Source of the DNA: an uncultured Bacillales bacterium
Lineage (GTDB): Bacteria > Bacillota_I > Bacilli_A > RF39 > UBA660
Direction of reading: 5' to 3'
DNA length: 64,000 bases
NCBI GenBank assembly: GCA_946539445.1
Contig: CAMNHK010000002.1
Location: 41,744 to 105,743 of the forward strand
A program made the translations under genes and the position numbers. Of this stretch, positions 1 through 8,228 are shown piece after piece. The notes under the pieces were generated by a model. The model had not been told where the DNA came from. It ran no database searches and worked only from the letters and a program-made list of their open reading frames with translations. Position 1 is the first letter of the stretch. Each line of letters starts with the position of its first letter.

Positions 1-119
1 ACTGCTTTCACATCTATATACTCTCTCTTAAAGAAAGATTTTATAGATTCCTTGAGTCCGCTTTTTTTCTTAGCAACTCGGAAAGTTTTTGATATCTGTT
101 TAACCTCGATGAATGACAT
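1..119 (-). CDS. First 39 codons of an ABC-transporter ATPase-like gene, cut by the window edge
   Basis: Below the ORF-track cutoff. Reverse-strand ATG at 117-119 is preceded by GGAAGGAG. The translation MSFIEVKQISKTFRVAKKKSGLKESIKSFFKREYIDVKA opens like ABC ATP-binding subunits (I-x-V-x-x-I-S-K-x-F). Walker motifs lie outside the window, so the family call is tentative. Confidence 0.4.
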   Translation of the reverse strand, partial: MSFIEVKQISKTFRVAKKKSGLKESIKSFFKREYIDVKA

Positions 120-228
120 TTTTAATTTCACACTCCTTCCAACGCAAAAAAGCCACATATTCCAATGACCCGGGTCATAGAATATCTAGCTTAATTGCAA
201 AAACGTCGAATTCAACATATCATATTCT

Positions 229-257
229 AAAAAAAAAAGCAAGACTTTTTTTCTTGC
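229..257 (-). terminator. Rho-independent terminator after ybjQ
   Basis: On the minus strand: GCAAGA-AAAAAAG-TCTTGC hairpin followed by a run of 10 U, starting 5 nt after the stop at 262-264. Confidence 0.8.
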
Positions 258-261
258 TTTA

Positions 262-576
262 TTATTTTAATTTAACAGCAGTTCCATAAACAATAATTTC
301 AGCAGCACCTTGCATAACAGCTGAAGAACCATATCGAACTCCGACAACAGCATCTGCTCCTAAAGCTTCTGCTTCATCTACCATACGCTTAGTAGCGATT
401 TGTCTAGCTTCCCGAATCATTTCGGTATAGCCACCAATTTCTCCTCCTACAATGGTTTTCATCCCTGCCATAAAATCACGTCCAATATTTTTAGATTGAA
501 CGATTTCTCCTTTGACAACTCCCAAGCTTTCTTTAATGTCATGTCCTGCAACATAATCCGTTGTAACAAGAATCAT
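262..576 (-). CDS. ybjQ: YbjQ/UPF0145 family protein
   Basis: 104 aa. MILVTTD...G, GGEIGGYTEMIREAR and AVVGVRY...YGTAV match the conserved YbjQ_1 fold pattern along the whole length. Confidence 0.85.
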   Translation of the reverse strand: MILVTTDYVAGHDIKESLGVVKGEIVQSKNIGRDFMAGMKTIVGGEIGGYTEMIREARQIATKRMVDEAEALGADAVVGVRYGSSAVMQGAAEIIVYGTAVKLK

Positions 577-590
577 AGAATCCCTCCTTT

Positions 591-848
591 CTAATATTTA
601 CTGGCTTCTTGTTCTTCTCCGCTTTCAATCTCACGAATACGAAAGAATAAACTAACCCAAATTGCTCCTAAAAAAATACCAAAGAAAACAAGAATCCAAA
701 TAAAGAGTACCCAAGGCATTTTATCATCAGCGAATATTTGTCCAGCAATAATACCGATCATGGGAACCAAACAAAATAAACTATAAAATAAGCTAGATAA
801 AACCGCTCCTAATATACGTTGTTTTTTATGATATTTCGGATTATTCAT
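591..848 (-). CDS. Small integral membrane protein, unknown function
   Basis: 85 aa with two to three hydrophobic helices. Tightly packed between neighbouring genes. Confidence 0.6.
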   Translation of the reverse strand: MNNPKYHKKQRILGAVLSSLFYSLFCLVPMIGIIAGQIFADDKMPWVLFIWILVFFGIFLGAIWVSLFFRIREIESGEEQEASKY

Positions 849-856
849 AACTCCTC

Positions 857-1201
857 CTAAGAATGAATTTCTTCATTAGCCCAAAGACTATGTTTATTGC
901 AATAACTATAAGCTTTCATTCCCTCTTGATAAGGAACCGTTACTCTAGGATCATCTCCAGGAACAAAATGTTGAATCACTTGTTTTTCTCCATAATCCAC
1001 TAAAATCCATTCAATATAATGATCTTCTTCCATAACATGATTTACAAATATTTCTACTTGATCCCCTAGAATTTCATACTGAGGAACATGCTTTTCAAAA
1101 GAAGCATCTACTTCATTGGCACGAATGGCTTTATCTTCCACCTCACTAACTTCTTTTAAAACAAGCATAATATTGCCACTATGGCATTTTACAATTTTCA
1201 T
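857..1201 (-). CDS. Superoxide reductase-like protein (desulfoferrodoxin/neelaredoxin Fe-binding domain)
   Basis: 114 aa. The Fe-ligand pattern is present: E-K-H-V-P, N-H-V-M-E-E-D-H-Y-I-E-W and C-N-K-H-S-L-W near the C-terminus, as in 1Fe-SOR. Confidence 0.8.
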   Translation of the reverse strand: MKIVKCHSGNIMLVLKEVSEVEDKAIRANEVDASFEKHVPQYEILGDQVEIFVNHVMEEDHYIEWILVDYGEKQVIQHFVPGDDPRVTVPYQEGMKAYSYCNKHSLWANEEIHS

Positions 1202-1554
1202 ATTCTTTCACTCCATTCTTTTTCTCGAAAACCAACCAAAACTTCAGAATCTGTCAAAAGAATTGGTCGTTTTACTAACATTCCATCACTTGCTAATAGA
1301 TGAATTTTCTCCTTCTCACTAAGAGTAGGAATTTTTTCTTTTAAATGATATTCCCGATACTTCATTCCACTCGTATTAAAGAACTTTTGAATATCCTGTC
1401 CACTCCGAGAAATAATCTCGGAAAGTTCTTTCTCCCCTAAGGATTCCAAAACAATATCTCTAGTAGAAAAAGATAATTTCTTCTCTTCTAAAAAACGCTT
1501 AGCCTTTTGACAAGTAGAACACTTTGGATACCATATAAGTACGATAACAATCAC
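1198..1554 (-). CDS. ArsC/Spx/MgsR-family thioredoxin-fold protein
   Basis: 118 aa. N-terminal Y-P-K-C-S-T-C-Q-K-A-K-R-F-L (CxxC), then FFNTSG..YRE and L-V-K-R-P-I-L. Overlaps the downstream SOR gene by 4 nt. Confidence 0.75.
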   Translation of the reverse strand: MIVIVLIWYPKCSTCQKAKRFLEEKKLSFSTRDIVLESLGEKELSEIISRSGQDIQKFFNTSGMKYREYHLKEKIPTLSEKEKIHLLASDGMLVKRPILLTDSEVLVGFREKEWSERI

Positions 1555-1580
1555 CTCATAATTATCATAAATGGTTTCTA

Positions 1581-1618
1581 AAAAATAGTAAAGAAAAAGA
1601 GTATTTTTAATACTCTTT
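1581..1618 (-). terminator. Terminator after the 1235-aa gene
   Basis: Minus strand: AAAGAGTAT-TAAAA-ATACTCTTT hairpin overlapping the stop codon, followed by TTCTTTACTATTTTT. Confidence 0.6.
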
Positions 1619-4600
1619 TAATAAACTTTTGTAGATGATTCCTCTACTTTAGGAACTTCTCGTAACATATCATTCAAAGATGACTTTTTATAATATTTTT
1701 GATCCATTTGAGAAGCAACCAACACTGCTAAGGCATAAGAACCAATTTCAGAAAATAAAGCTTCTCTTGCATCATTTGGAAGAGAGGAAACAACGGTCAT
1801 TTCTGGAAGAGATTCATTCATATCTCCCAAAGCTTCAGCCCGATTGGATAAAGCTACCATCGTTGAACGAATTGCTCTACGATCATATTTAGAAGGATCT
1901 AAGCTTTCTACAACATCTCCAATGGTTTTATCTAAGGAATCATAGGCAGAACGAGCAACAATGGCAATTTCTTCCAAAGCTTGATCCGCTTGAACAGCTC
2001 CTCTACCATAACGATTCATAATATCTTGAAGGCTATGAGCAACTTCTCCTTTTGCATCAGCATGATAACGAGCCCTTACAATCGCAGAAGAAACCGCAAC
2101 ACTAGTAAACATATCTCTCATAAATTCATCGTCATGGAAGTGATACTCTTCCGCAAAGGAACTACAATACTTGGTTCCTACACTTCTACGACCCACTAAA
2201 CTTCTCGCAACATCTGGTCTCTTAAAGAAACAACTTTCAGAACCTAAGAAACCAGATACGATTGCTTCAACATCGCCATTTCCTAAAGCATCCTCAAATT
2301 CTTGATGATATTCATGGTAACGCTGTTTTAACTCAGAATCCAAAGCATTAACATCTCTCATTCCTCCACGAATAAAAGCATAATTGCCTTCTTCAAAAGC
2401 TTGTTTAATACCTGGAATCTCCGTAGATAATAATACCTCAGCTGCTTTTCTACTCTCCATGATTCCACGAATACAGTAACTTGCACTCTCCATAAGCTTT
2501 TTACGTGCATTATGATAAGCAAATCGTTCTTCTTCTAACAATTTACCAGAACCAATCTTTGTTTCTAAAGATTTAACTTGTCCTAATAAAGAATATAACT
2601 CTAAATAATCTTTTTGAAGGGATTGATCAATTTTTTGAATTCGATCCATTCCATAATCTTTCAAACGACCTATAATCACACGATTTACCGGATTATTAAA
2701 ATGTTTTTTTAGAGAACTAGAAGAATATTCTTTAAATAAAGTATCCATATCTTCTTCACTTAATAGACTCTTCATTCTCTTATCTAATTCTTTTAGTCCT
2801 TCATTTCCAAATCCAGAATTCATAAGATCATGAGAAAGATTTTCTAAAAATTCATAGGTAGCTTTACCAACCGTAGGAACATAGTGAATAACATTATAAA
2901 CCCATTCTCCAGATTGTAATTCTTGAATAAACTTCTTAGAAGCCTTCAAATGCATTGGTCGATAAGCTTTGACTTCTTCCTCTACTGGTTCACCCAACGA
3001 ATTGGTAATTTTACTAAGAATTTCTTCCACTCTTCCAGTAGTATTCTGTTTAGGAACTTCTTTTGACTCTTTACGCAGAATACGAATTCCTTCATAACGA
3101 ATATTAACTTTAGTATTTTCTTTTGCTTTTGCTTGCTCACAAATCTTTTGATAATCTTTTTCACTAATCTGATAACTGTTAATTCCATTAATACGAATTA
3201 GTTTACCAGTTGGATTAATACCATAACGTAATAGAATATGAGCATTTGCATAGATTAAATTGGTATTTTCTACATTTCGATAGAAAGTAATTTCTTCTTC
3301 TTCCATTTCTTCTGGAACCACTACCTTTGGTTTTTGTAATTCAACATCTTTTATATCCACACGATAAGGAGAATATTGATTTTCCGCATTATGTACAATA
3401 AAGGAAACATCATCATTATCAATGTGATAACAAGCTTTTCCATCAATTTTAATTTCTTCTCCAACAGGAACGATATGGAAACGAGCAAGAGCATATTTAT
3501 TAACATAAGCATCATTACCATTATTTTTATCGCGATATAGAAGAATTACTTCTTCCAATCCTCTAGACTCTTCTACTTTTGGTAAAACCGTTTTTTCTTC
3601 CACCTTTTGAACGGTATTTCCTAAATGAATCTCACGAAATGCTACTGTATAAGGAGAATATTGATTATTCATATTTCCAATAATATAGCTAGCATCCTCT
3701 TCCTCGATTGGATAAAAAGAAGCCCCATCAATTCTGACTTCCTCACCCGTTGGAACTAAATTAAAACGAGTAAGGGCATATTTACGAACGTATTTGCGAT
3801 TATTTTGATCTAAATCCGTATAAAGAAGAATTTGTTCTTGAACATCGCGAGCTTCCTGAATCATTTCTTCTGCTACTTCACGAGTAATATCATCATGAAT
3901 ACCTAAATGAACTTCCTCAACAGACATTTGATAAGGAGAATATTGATTATCGGAATTCTTCATAATATATTCAGCATCCTCTAAATCAATTGGATAACAA
4001 GTAGCTCCTTCAATTTTCGTCTCATCTCCGATAGGAACCAAATGGAAACGCTTCATCGTATAATCTCGTGCATATAATTGTCCGTTATTATCCATATCCT
4101 TAAAGAAAGTAACACGTTCTACTACTTCTTTTCGATCTTCTACTTCTACCGCAACACTATGCATTCCTTCAACCACATTTTTTAAATCTTCTGGTTTACT
4201 ACCAGGAGTATAATGTTGAACCATAGTATCATTAATAATCTTCTCAGGAATCTTTTTAGAATGCTGACGAATATTATTCAATTGTCTTTCTTTAACCAAT
4301 AAAGTTTTTGGCTTTTGACCAGCTCTATATTGAACCGATACAGAATAAAGAGTTTGAATAGCATCTAAAGCCGATACCGATTCATTTGCTGCCTTTAAGG
4401 CACTAATTTCTTTAAAAATCTCCTCTTTGGCTTCTTTTAATGTTTGTTTTTCTTCAGGAGTTCTTTCAGAAGCTTTTTTGCTTACAATATCCGCAAGTCC
4501 TTTTTTCTCGAAAATGGCATTTAAAATAGTTCTCTTATTTAAAGCCGCATTGATTTCCGTTAACTCAGCAACGGATATACCAAGAGCTTCTGCCATCTCC

Positions 4601-5325
4601 ATATCTCTTTCAATTTTATTTTTTCTTCTTTTCAAAGAAGTTAATAATTTCTTTTGTTCTTCAATTTGTTGTTTAATCACAATAGATTTTTCATTTTCTT
4701 CTAATTTCTTAGAAGCATAAAATTCACGTAGAGCAGCTAATTCTTCTTCAGACAACAATCCAGAATTTTCTAAACGAGCTTTTTGTTCATCAATTACGGC
4801 TTGTAAACGATTATAAGAAGCTTCATATTCCAAAGCTTTATTCTTTAATTCACTTTGTAAATCACGAATTTGTTTATCCAAAGCATCTAATTCTTCTTGA
4901 AATGCCTCATCCATTTTTGTAGATTGAGCAACAGAAGCCTCTAACTCCGATGTTCTTTCAGAAATTCTTTCAATTAAAGCCGCTCTCTCTTGTCCACTTT
5001 GGGTAACTGCTAACTTCGCTCTTAATTCCTTCAATTCTTGCAAGATATCAGACAAATCTTCTTCTCGAAGAATTTCTTTTTCATCTTCTTGATCTTTTTT
5101 AAGAACACGGTATACAACAAATTTCGTTTGAGCTGTTTCCGAAATACCATCTTGATCATCAGCTCCTTCATAGCCAATCTCAAGAGTAGATTCATCTCCT
5201 ACCTCTACACCAGCAAGCCTCATCATTTGAATAATTCTAGATTTTTGTTCTTCTGGACTCCTTCTGAAACTATCTAATACCAACGTTCCAGAAAATAACT
5301 CTTGTCTTTCTTCTTTAGAATTCAT
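1618..5325 (-). CDS. Giant (1235 aa) cytoplasmic coiled-coil protein with four tandem ~94-aa repeats, unknown function
   Basis: Uninterrupted 3.7-kb ORF in AT-rich DNA with RBS GGGTGGTGA. No signal peptide or N-terminal TM helix. Residues ~85-320 have heptad-like E/K/L/Q-rich sequence. Residues 404-750 hold four repeats, and residues 790-1235 form a helical C-terminal region. Confidence 0.9.
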   Translation of the reverse strand: MNSKEERQELFSGTLVLDSFRRSPEEQKSRIIQMMRLAGVEVGDESTLEIGYEGADDQDGISETAQTKFVVYRVLKKDQEDEKEILREEDLSDILQELKELRAKLAVTQSGQERAALIERISERTSELEASVAQSTKMDEAFQEELDALDKQIRDLQSELKNKALEYEASYNRLQAVIDEQKARLENSGLLSEEELAALREFYASKKLEENEKSIVIKQQIEEQKKLLTSLKRRKNKIERDMEMAEALGISVAELTEINAALNKRTILNAIFEKKGLADIVSKKASERTPEEKQTLKEAKEEIFKEISALKAANESVSALDAIQTLYSVSVQYRAGQKPKTLLVKERQLNNIRQHSKKIPEKIINDTMVQHYTPGSKPEDLKNVVEGMHSVAVEVEDRKEVVERVTFFKDMDNNGQLYARDYTMKRFHLVPIGDETKIEGATCYPIDLEDAEYIMKNSDNQYSPYQMSVEEVHLGIHDDITREVAEEMIQEARDVQEQILLYTDLDQNNRKYVRKYALTRFNLVPTGEEVRIDGASFYPIEEEDASYIIGNMNNQYSPYTVAFREIHLGNTVQKVEEKTVLPKVEESRGLEEVILLYRDKNNGNDAYVNKYALARFHIVPVGEEIKIDGKACYHIDNDDVSFIVHNAENQYSPYRVDIKDVELQKPKVVVPEEMEEEEITFYRNVENTNLIYANAHILLRYGINPTGKLIRINGINSYQISEKDYQKICEQAKAKENTKVNIRYEGIRILRKESKEVPKQNTTGRVEEILSKITNSLGEPVEEEVKAYRPMHLKASKKFIQELQSGEWVYNVIHYVPTVGKATYEFLENLSHDLMNSGFGNEGLKELDKRMKSLLSEEDMDTLFKEYSSSSLKKHFNNPVNRVIIGRLKDYGMDRIQKIDQSLQKDYLELYSLLGQVKSLETKIGSGKLLEEERFAYHNARKKLMESASYCIRGIMESRKAAEVLLSTEIPGIKQAFEEGNYAFIRGGMRDVNALDSELKQRYHEYHQEFEDALGNGDVEAIVSGFLGSESCFFKRPDVARSLVGRRSVGTKYCSSFAEEYHFHDDEFMRDMFTSVAVSSAIVRARYHADAKGEVAHSLQDIMNRYGRGAVQADQALEEIAIVARSAYDSLDKTIGDVVESLDPSKYDRRAIRSTMVALSNRAEALGDMNESLPEMTVVSSLPNDAREALFSEIGSYALAVLVASQMDQKYYKKSSLNDMLREVPKVEESSTKVY
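3076..4116 (-). repeat. Four tandem in-frame protein repeats inside the 1235-aa gene
   Basis: R1 VTFFKDMDNNGQLYARDYTMKRFHLVPIGDETKIEGATCYPIDLEDAEYIMKNSDNQYSPYQMSVEEVHLG. R2 ILLYTDLDQNNRKYVRKYALTRFNLVPTGEEVRIDGASFYPIEEEDASYIIGNMNNQYSPYTVAFREIHLG. R3 VILLYRDKNNGNDAYVNKYALARFHIVPVGEEIKIDGKACYHIDNDDVSFIVHNAENQYSPYRVDIKDVEL. R4 is degenerate (ITFYRNVENTNLIYANAHILLRYGINPTGKLIRINGINSYQIS...). The period is ~94 aa, with acidic linkers. Confidence 0.85.
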
Positions 5326-5340
5326 ATCATCACCACCCTA

Positions 5341-5616
5341 CTATGCATTTGCTTCCTCATCGAATTGTCTTAACACTTCATAAATCATCGCAAGTTCTTT
5401 TTGATCTGTTATATTTTCCAATTGCATGTTCGTATTCAATGGATTATAAGCCGATACATAAATATTTTTTCTACCGTTAGGAGCTACTGTATGATCCGTA
5501 TATCCAACATAAGATTTCATCGTATCTTCGCTATCGAAAGTAAATAATATATCACAATCTACCATTTTTCCATCTTTTTCAAGTTGTATCTTTTCATTTT
5601 CTATATTCCTATTCAT
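5341..5616 (-). CDS. DUF1292 (YrzB/UPF0473-like) small acidic protein
   Basis: 91 aa. D-I-L-F-T-F-D-S-E-D-x-x-K-S-Y-V-G-Y, then Y-x-P...L-x-x-I and E-V-L-x-x-F-D-E-E match the YrzB pattern. RBS GGAGGA. Confidence 0.8.
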   Translation of the reverse strand: MNRNIENEKIQLEKDGKMVDCDILFTFDSEDTMKSYVGYTDHTVAPNGRKNIYVSAYNPLNTNMQLENITDQKELAMIYEVLRQFDEEANA

Positions 5617-5651
5617 ACATAATCCTCCAACTTACTCTACTATACTATTAC

Positions 5652-5680
5652 AGTTTATCATTCCAAGAACAAAAAGTCAA
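5652..5680 (-). promoter_or_regulatory. Sigma-A-type promoter for the DUF1292 and giant-protein genes
   Basis: Minus strand: TTGACT, a 17-nt spacer, then TGaTAAACT (extended -10). It lies between the upstream terminator and the DUF1292 start. Confidence 0.55.
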
Positions 5681-5695
5681 TTTGAAAGGGTTGTT

Positions 5696-5727
5696 AAAAC
5701 AAAAAAAATTCGATAAAAATCGAATTT
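5696..5727 (-). terminator. Terminator after the 172-aa gene
   Basis: Minus strand: AAATTCGAT-TTTT-ATCGAATTT hairpin followed by TTTTTGTTTT. Confidence 0.8.
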
Positions 5728-5732
5728 AAAAA

Positions 5733-6251
5733 TCACTGTTCTTTGGCTTCTATCTTAACTTGAATAAATTCTTTTGAGTCTAACGCCGTAGTTTGAATCA
5801 TTTTTACATGATAATAAGTATCAAACTTCTCTCCTCCTGGAATATTCTCTCCTACGATAATAGTAGAAGCCTGATCTTGCATTAAATCCTTCTCCTCATC
5901 ATCTTTTGTAACTTCAATCACAGCATTCGTTTTATTCAATATTTGAACCTCATAAGAGATAGTGTCATCATTGATAGTATCTTTTTGATAATTTGTAATT
6001 TTAAATACATATTCATCGGAATTAGATAAAGCAAGAGCATTAATATTAAAAGCAAAATCTGTATTTTCACCCACAATAGGAATGACCAAGTCAGAAGATA
6101 CTTCCTTTTTAGAATCTTGATTCTTTTGGAAAACCAAAACAGTTAAAATCAATACAACTACAATTAGTAATCCAAAGACAATTTTTAAAACCCCATCTTG
6201 CTCCCAAAAAGATTTTTCCTTCATTCTATTTTTCTTTTTCTTCTTATCCAT
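5733..6251 (-). CDS. N-terminally anchored extracytoplasmic protein, unknown function
   Basis: 172 aa. Lys-rich N-terminus, one TM helix (IVFGLLIVVVLILTVLVF), then a beta-rich-looking domain. Starts 1 nt after the upstream stop. Confidence 0.75.
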   Translation of the reverse strand: MDKKKKKNRMKEKSFWEQDGVLKIVFGLLIVVVLILTVLVFQKNQDSKKEVSSDLVIPIVGENTDFAFNINALALSNSDEYVFKITNYQKDTINDDTISYEVQILNKTNAVIEVTKDDEEKDLMQDQASTIIVGENIPGGEKFDTYYHVKMIQTTALDSKEFIQVKIEAKEQ

Positions 6252-6252
6252 A

Positions 6253-7614
6253 TTATTGCTCCAATCTTGTTTTAATAGTCTCTATTTTTGTATTATATAA
6301 ATTCATCTGTTCTTCTGTTAAACTAGATTTTAAAATAGCATCCGATATGTCTTCTTCAATCTTCGCAACATTTTCCACTTTATAATTCAAAAGAACCGTT
6401 CCATTAAGTCGACTTTCTTTATGATCAATAATCTTAAAAGAAAGTTTTTTCTCATTCTGATAAGATTTCTTTTTTGTAATAGAATCAAATTTAGAAGAAT
6501 AAACAATATCATACTTTACATCATCAACATCTAAGGAATAATTAAAGTTCACGTTATGTTGATTTTTTTCAAGGCGAACTTCTCCTAAATGATTTCCTCT
6601 AGTATCCTGAATATCAACCAAAAATTGATGACTAGAATTCTTAACAGGCATTTGATATAACACTTTATCATCCTCAGAATAATAAATGGTTCCAGAAGAA
6701 TAATTTCCTTCATATACAACCAAACTCTTAGAATCTCCATTTAAGTGTAATAATTCAAATTTTAAAGGAGTATAAAGAATTTTGGTAGTATAGATATTCA
6801 AAGTATAAGACTCTTCTTTTGCTAAAAAGGTTTGTTCATCCTTCACTTTATAGCGAGAAAAATTAGAATCAATATTACTTAATATCTTAAAAGCTCCAGG
6901 ATCCTCTTTTAAATCTTTTAAAATTCCCTTTAACAAAGTATGAATCATAGAATCGGTAAAACGAATGGATATCTGATTGACATTTTTCTCTTTATCATCA
7001 ATCATTTGATTTACAACATAGTTTTGGAAATATTCATCCTTCATTTGTCTTTTAATGGAATCCACCAAGAACTGATTCAAATAATCAATATTATCCTTTG
7101 TAGTAATTTCTTCTCCTAATGTTTCAAAGTAATTGCAAGTTCCATCATTTACATAAGTATCCGCTACCCCATCCAAATAAAAATACTGAGTAGAATTGGT
7201 AACAAACAATTTATAGAAAAAGAAATCTTGTTCTCCTAACAAACTATGAATATCCAAATAAGATGTTTTCTTACTCTTATCTTGTTTTATAAGAAAAGAA
7301 GTATTCATCTGATTTAAATTTACCAAGGTATTATACGTTTTAGCACTATCTAAATCCGTATAATAGCGATTCCAGTGATACTCACTATCTACTTCAAATT
7401 TTAAATCTCCACCAATGGTAAATTTATCTCCCACAACAAGAGCATTATCCACTTTTGTATATTTTAAAACGTTACTGCTAACTTCATCTACCACTTTTCC
7501 AAAGATAGCACTAGGCTTTGACAAGCGATTAAAATAAAGTCCAACCCCTATAAAAGCAAATGCTACTAAAATAAAAAGGATTAAAAGGATTAATAACCAT
7601 TTTCTACGTTTCAT
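6253..7614 (-). CDS. N-terminally anchored extracytoplasmic protein (453 aa from the preferred start), unknown function
   Basis: The track ORF extends to 7656, but that start lies inside a consensus promoter. The ATG at 7612-7614 gives MKRRKWLLILLILFILVAFAFIGV, a typical signal-anchor. The rest is N/K/D/Y-rich and soluble. Confidence 0.75.
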   Translation of the reverse strand: MKRRKWLLILLILFILVAFAFIGVGLYFNRLSKPSAIFGKVVDEVSSNVLKYTKVDNALVVGDKFTIGGDLKFEVDSEYHWNRYYTDLDSAKTYNTLVNLNQMNTSFLIKQDKSKKTSYLDIHSLLGEQDFFFYKLFVTNSTQYFYLDGVADTYVNDGTCNYFETLGEEITTKDNIDYLNQFLVDSIKRQMKDEYFQNYVVNQMIDDKEKNVNQISIRFTDSMIHTLLKGILKDLKEDPGAFKILSNIDSNFSRYKVKDEQTFLAKEESYTLNIYTTKILYTPLKFELLHLNGDSKSLVVYEGNYSSGTIYYSEDDKVLYQMPVKNSSHQFLVDIQDTRGNHLGEVRLEKNQHNVNFNYSLDVDDVKYDIVYSSKFDSITKKKSYQNEKKLSFKIIDHKESRLNGTVLLNYKVENVAKIEEDISDAILKSSLTEEQMNLYNTKIETIKTRLEQ

Positions 7615-7638
7615 ATCAACACATCCTATACTATTACC

Positions 7639-7666
7639 ATTATAGCAAAATCTCATTCTTTGTCAA
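7639..7666 (-). promoter_or_regulatory. Near-consensus sigma-A promoter for the 453-aa and 172-aa genes
   Basis: Minus strand: TTGACA (7661-7666), a 16-nt spacer, then TGcTATAAT (-10 at 7639-7644). It sits directly downstream of a terminator. Confidence 0.7.
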
Positions 7667-7680
7667 TAAATGTCAACTCA

Positions 7681-7703
7681 TAAAAAAAGAACCCTTAGGT
7701 TCT
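7681..7703 (-). terminator. Terminator ending the mraZ-to-177-aa transcription unit
   Basis: Minus strand: AGAACC-TAAG-GGTTCT hairpin containing the TAA stop of the 177-aa gene, followed by TTTTTTT. Confidence 0.7.
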
Positions 7704-8228
7704 AGATTTTGTAATCAAAGCGATTTTATAGTCAAAAGATTTTTTTCCAGTAGAAGAACTTGGATTATAGTATACAGATATTTTTAATTGTAATTCTTCA
7801 CCAGGAGGAATGATTTTTCCTTTTACATCCGAAAGAGTAATTTGAACCGGACTAATCAATTTTTCCAAACGACTATTATGATAATCAGGAGATTCTACAA
7901 TATCCACTATTTCAGCAGGTAAAGAGCCATTATTTTGAATCGTCGCTAAATAGATAATTTCGTCATGAACGGAATACAAAGTAAAAGAAAAATCAATTTC
8001 TTTTTTTTGTTGAGTGATTTCTGCGTTTCCTAGTGGCTCAATCGTCGACCCCATAATAGAAGAGGATTTCTTAATATCCACAAAAGAAACATCAAAAGAA
8101 TGTTCTTCCTCTATTTTTTGCTTTAAATGGATCGATAACACAATAAAACCGACACTTAGGAAAACAACACAGAAGGACAACACTAAAATAATACTATTAC
8201 GTACCCGAATCATTCTCTTCACGAACAT
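7695..8228 (-). CDS. N-terminally anchored extracytoplasmic protein, unknown function
   Basis: 177 aa with TM helix IILVLSFCVVFLSVGFIVLSI, then a beta-rich-looking domain. Overlaps the upstream gene by 10 nt. An alternative start lies at 8213. Confidence 0.75.
   Translation of the reverse strand: MFVKRMIRVRNSIILVLSFCVVFLSVGFIVLSIHLKQKIEEEHSFDVSFVDIKKSSSIMGSTIEPLGNAEITQQKKEIDFSFTLYSVHDEIIYLATIQNNGSLPAEIVDIVESPDYHNSRLEKLISPVQITLSDVKGKIIPPGEELQLKISVYYNPSSSTGKKSFDYKIALITKSRT

Noticed and set aside
7671-7676. Second TTGACA hexamer upstream of the 453-aa gene as the functional -35
   Set aside because: Its spacing to the TATAAT would be 26 nt. The proximal TTGACA at 7661-7666 gives a 16-nt spacer.
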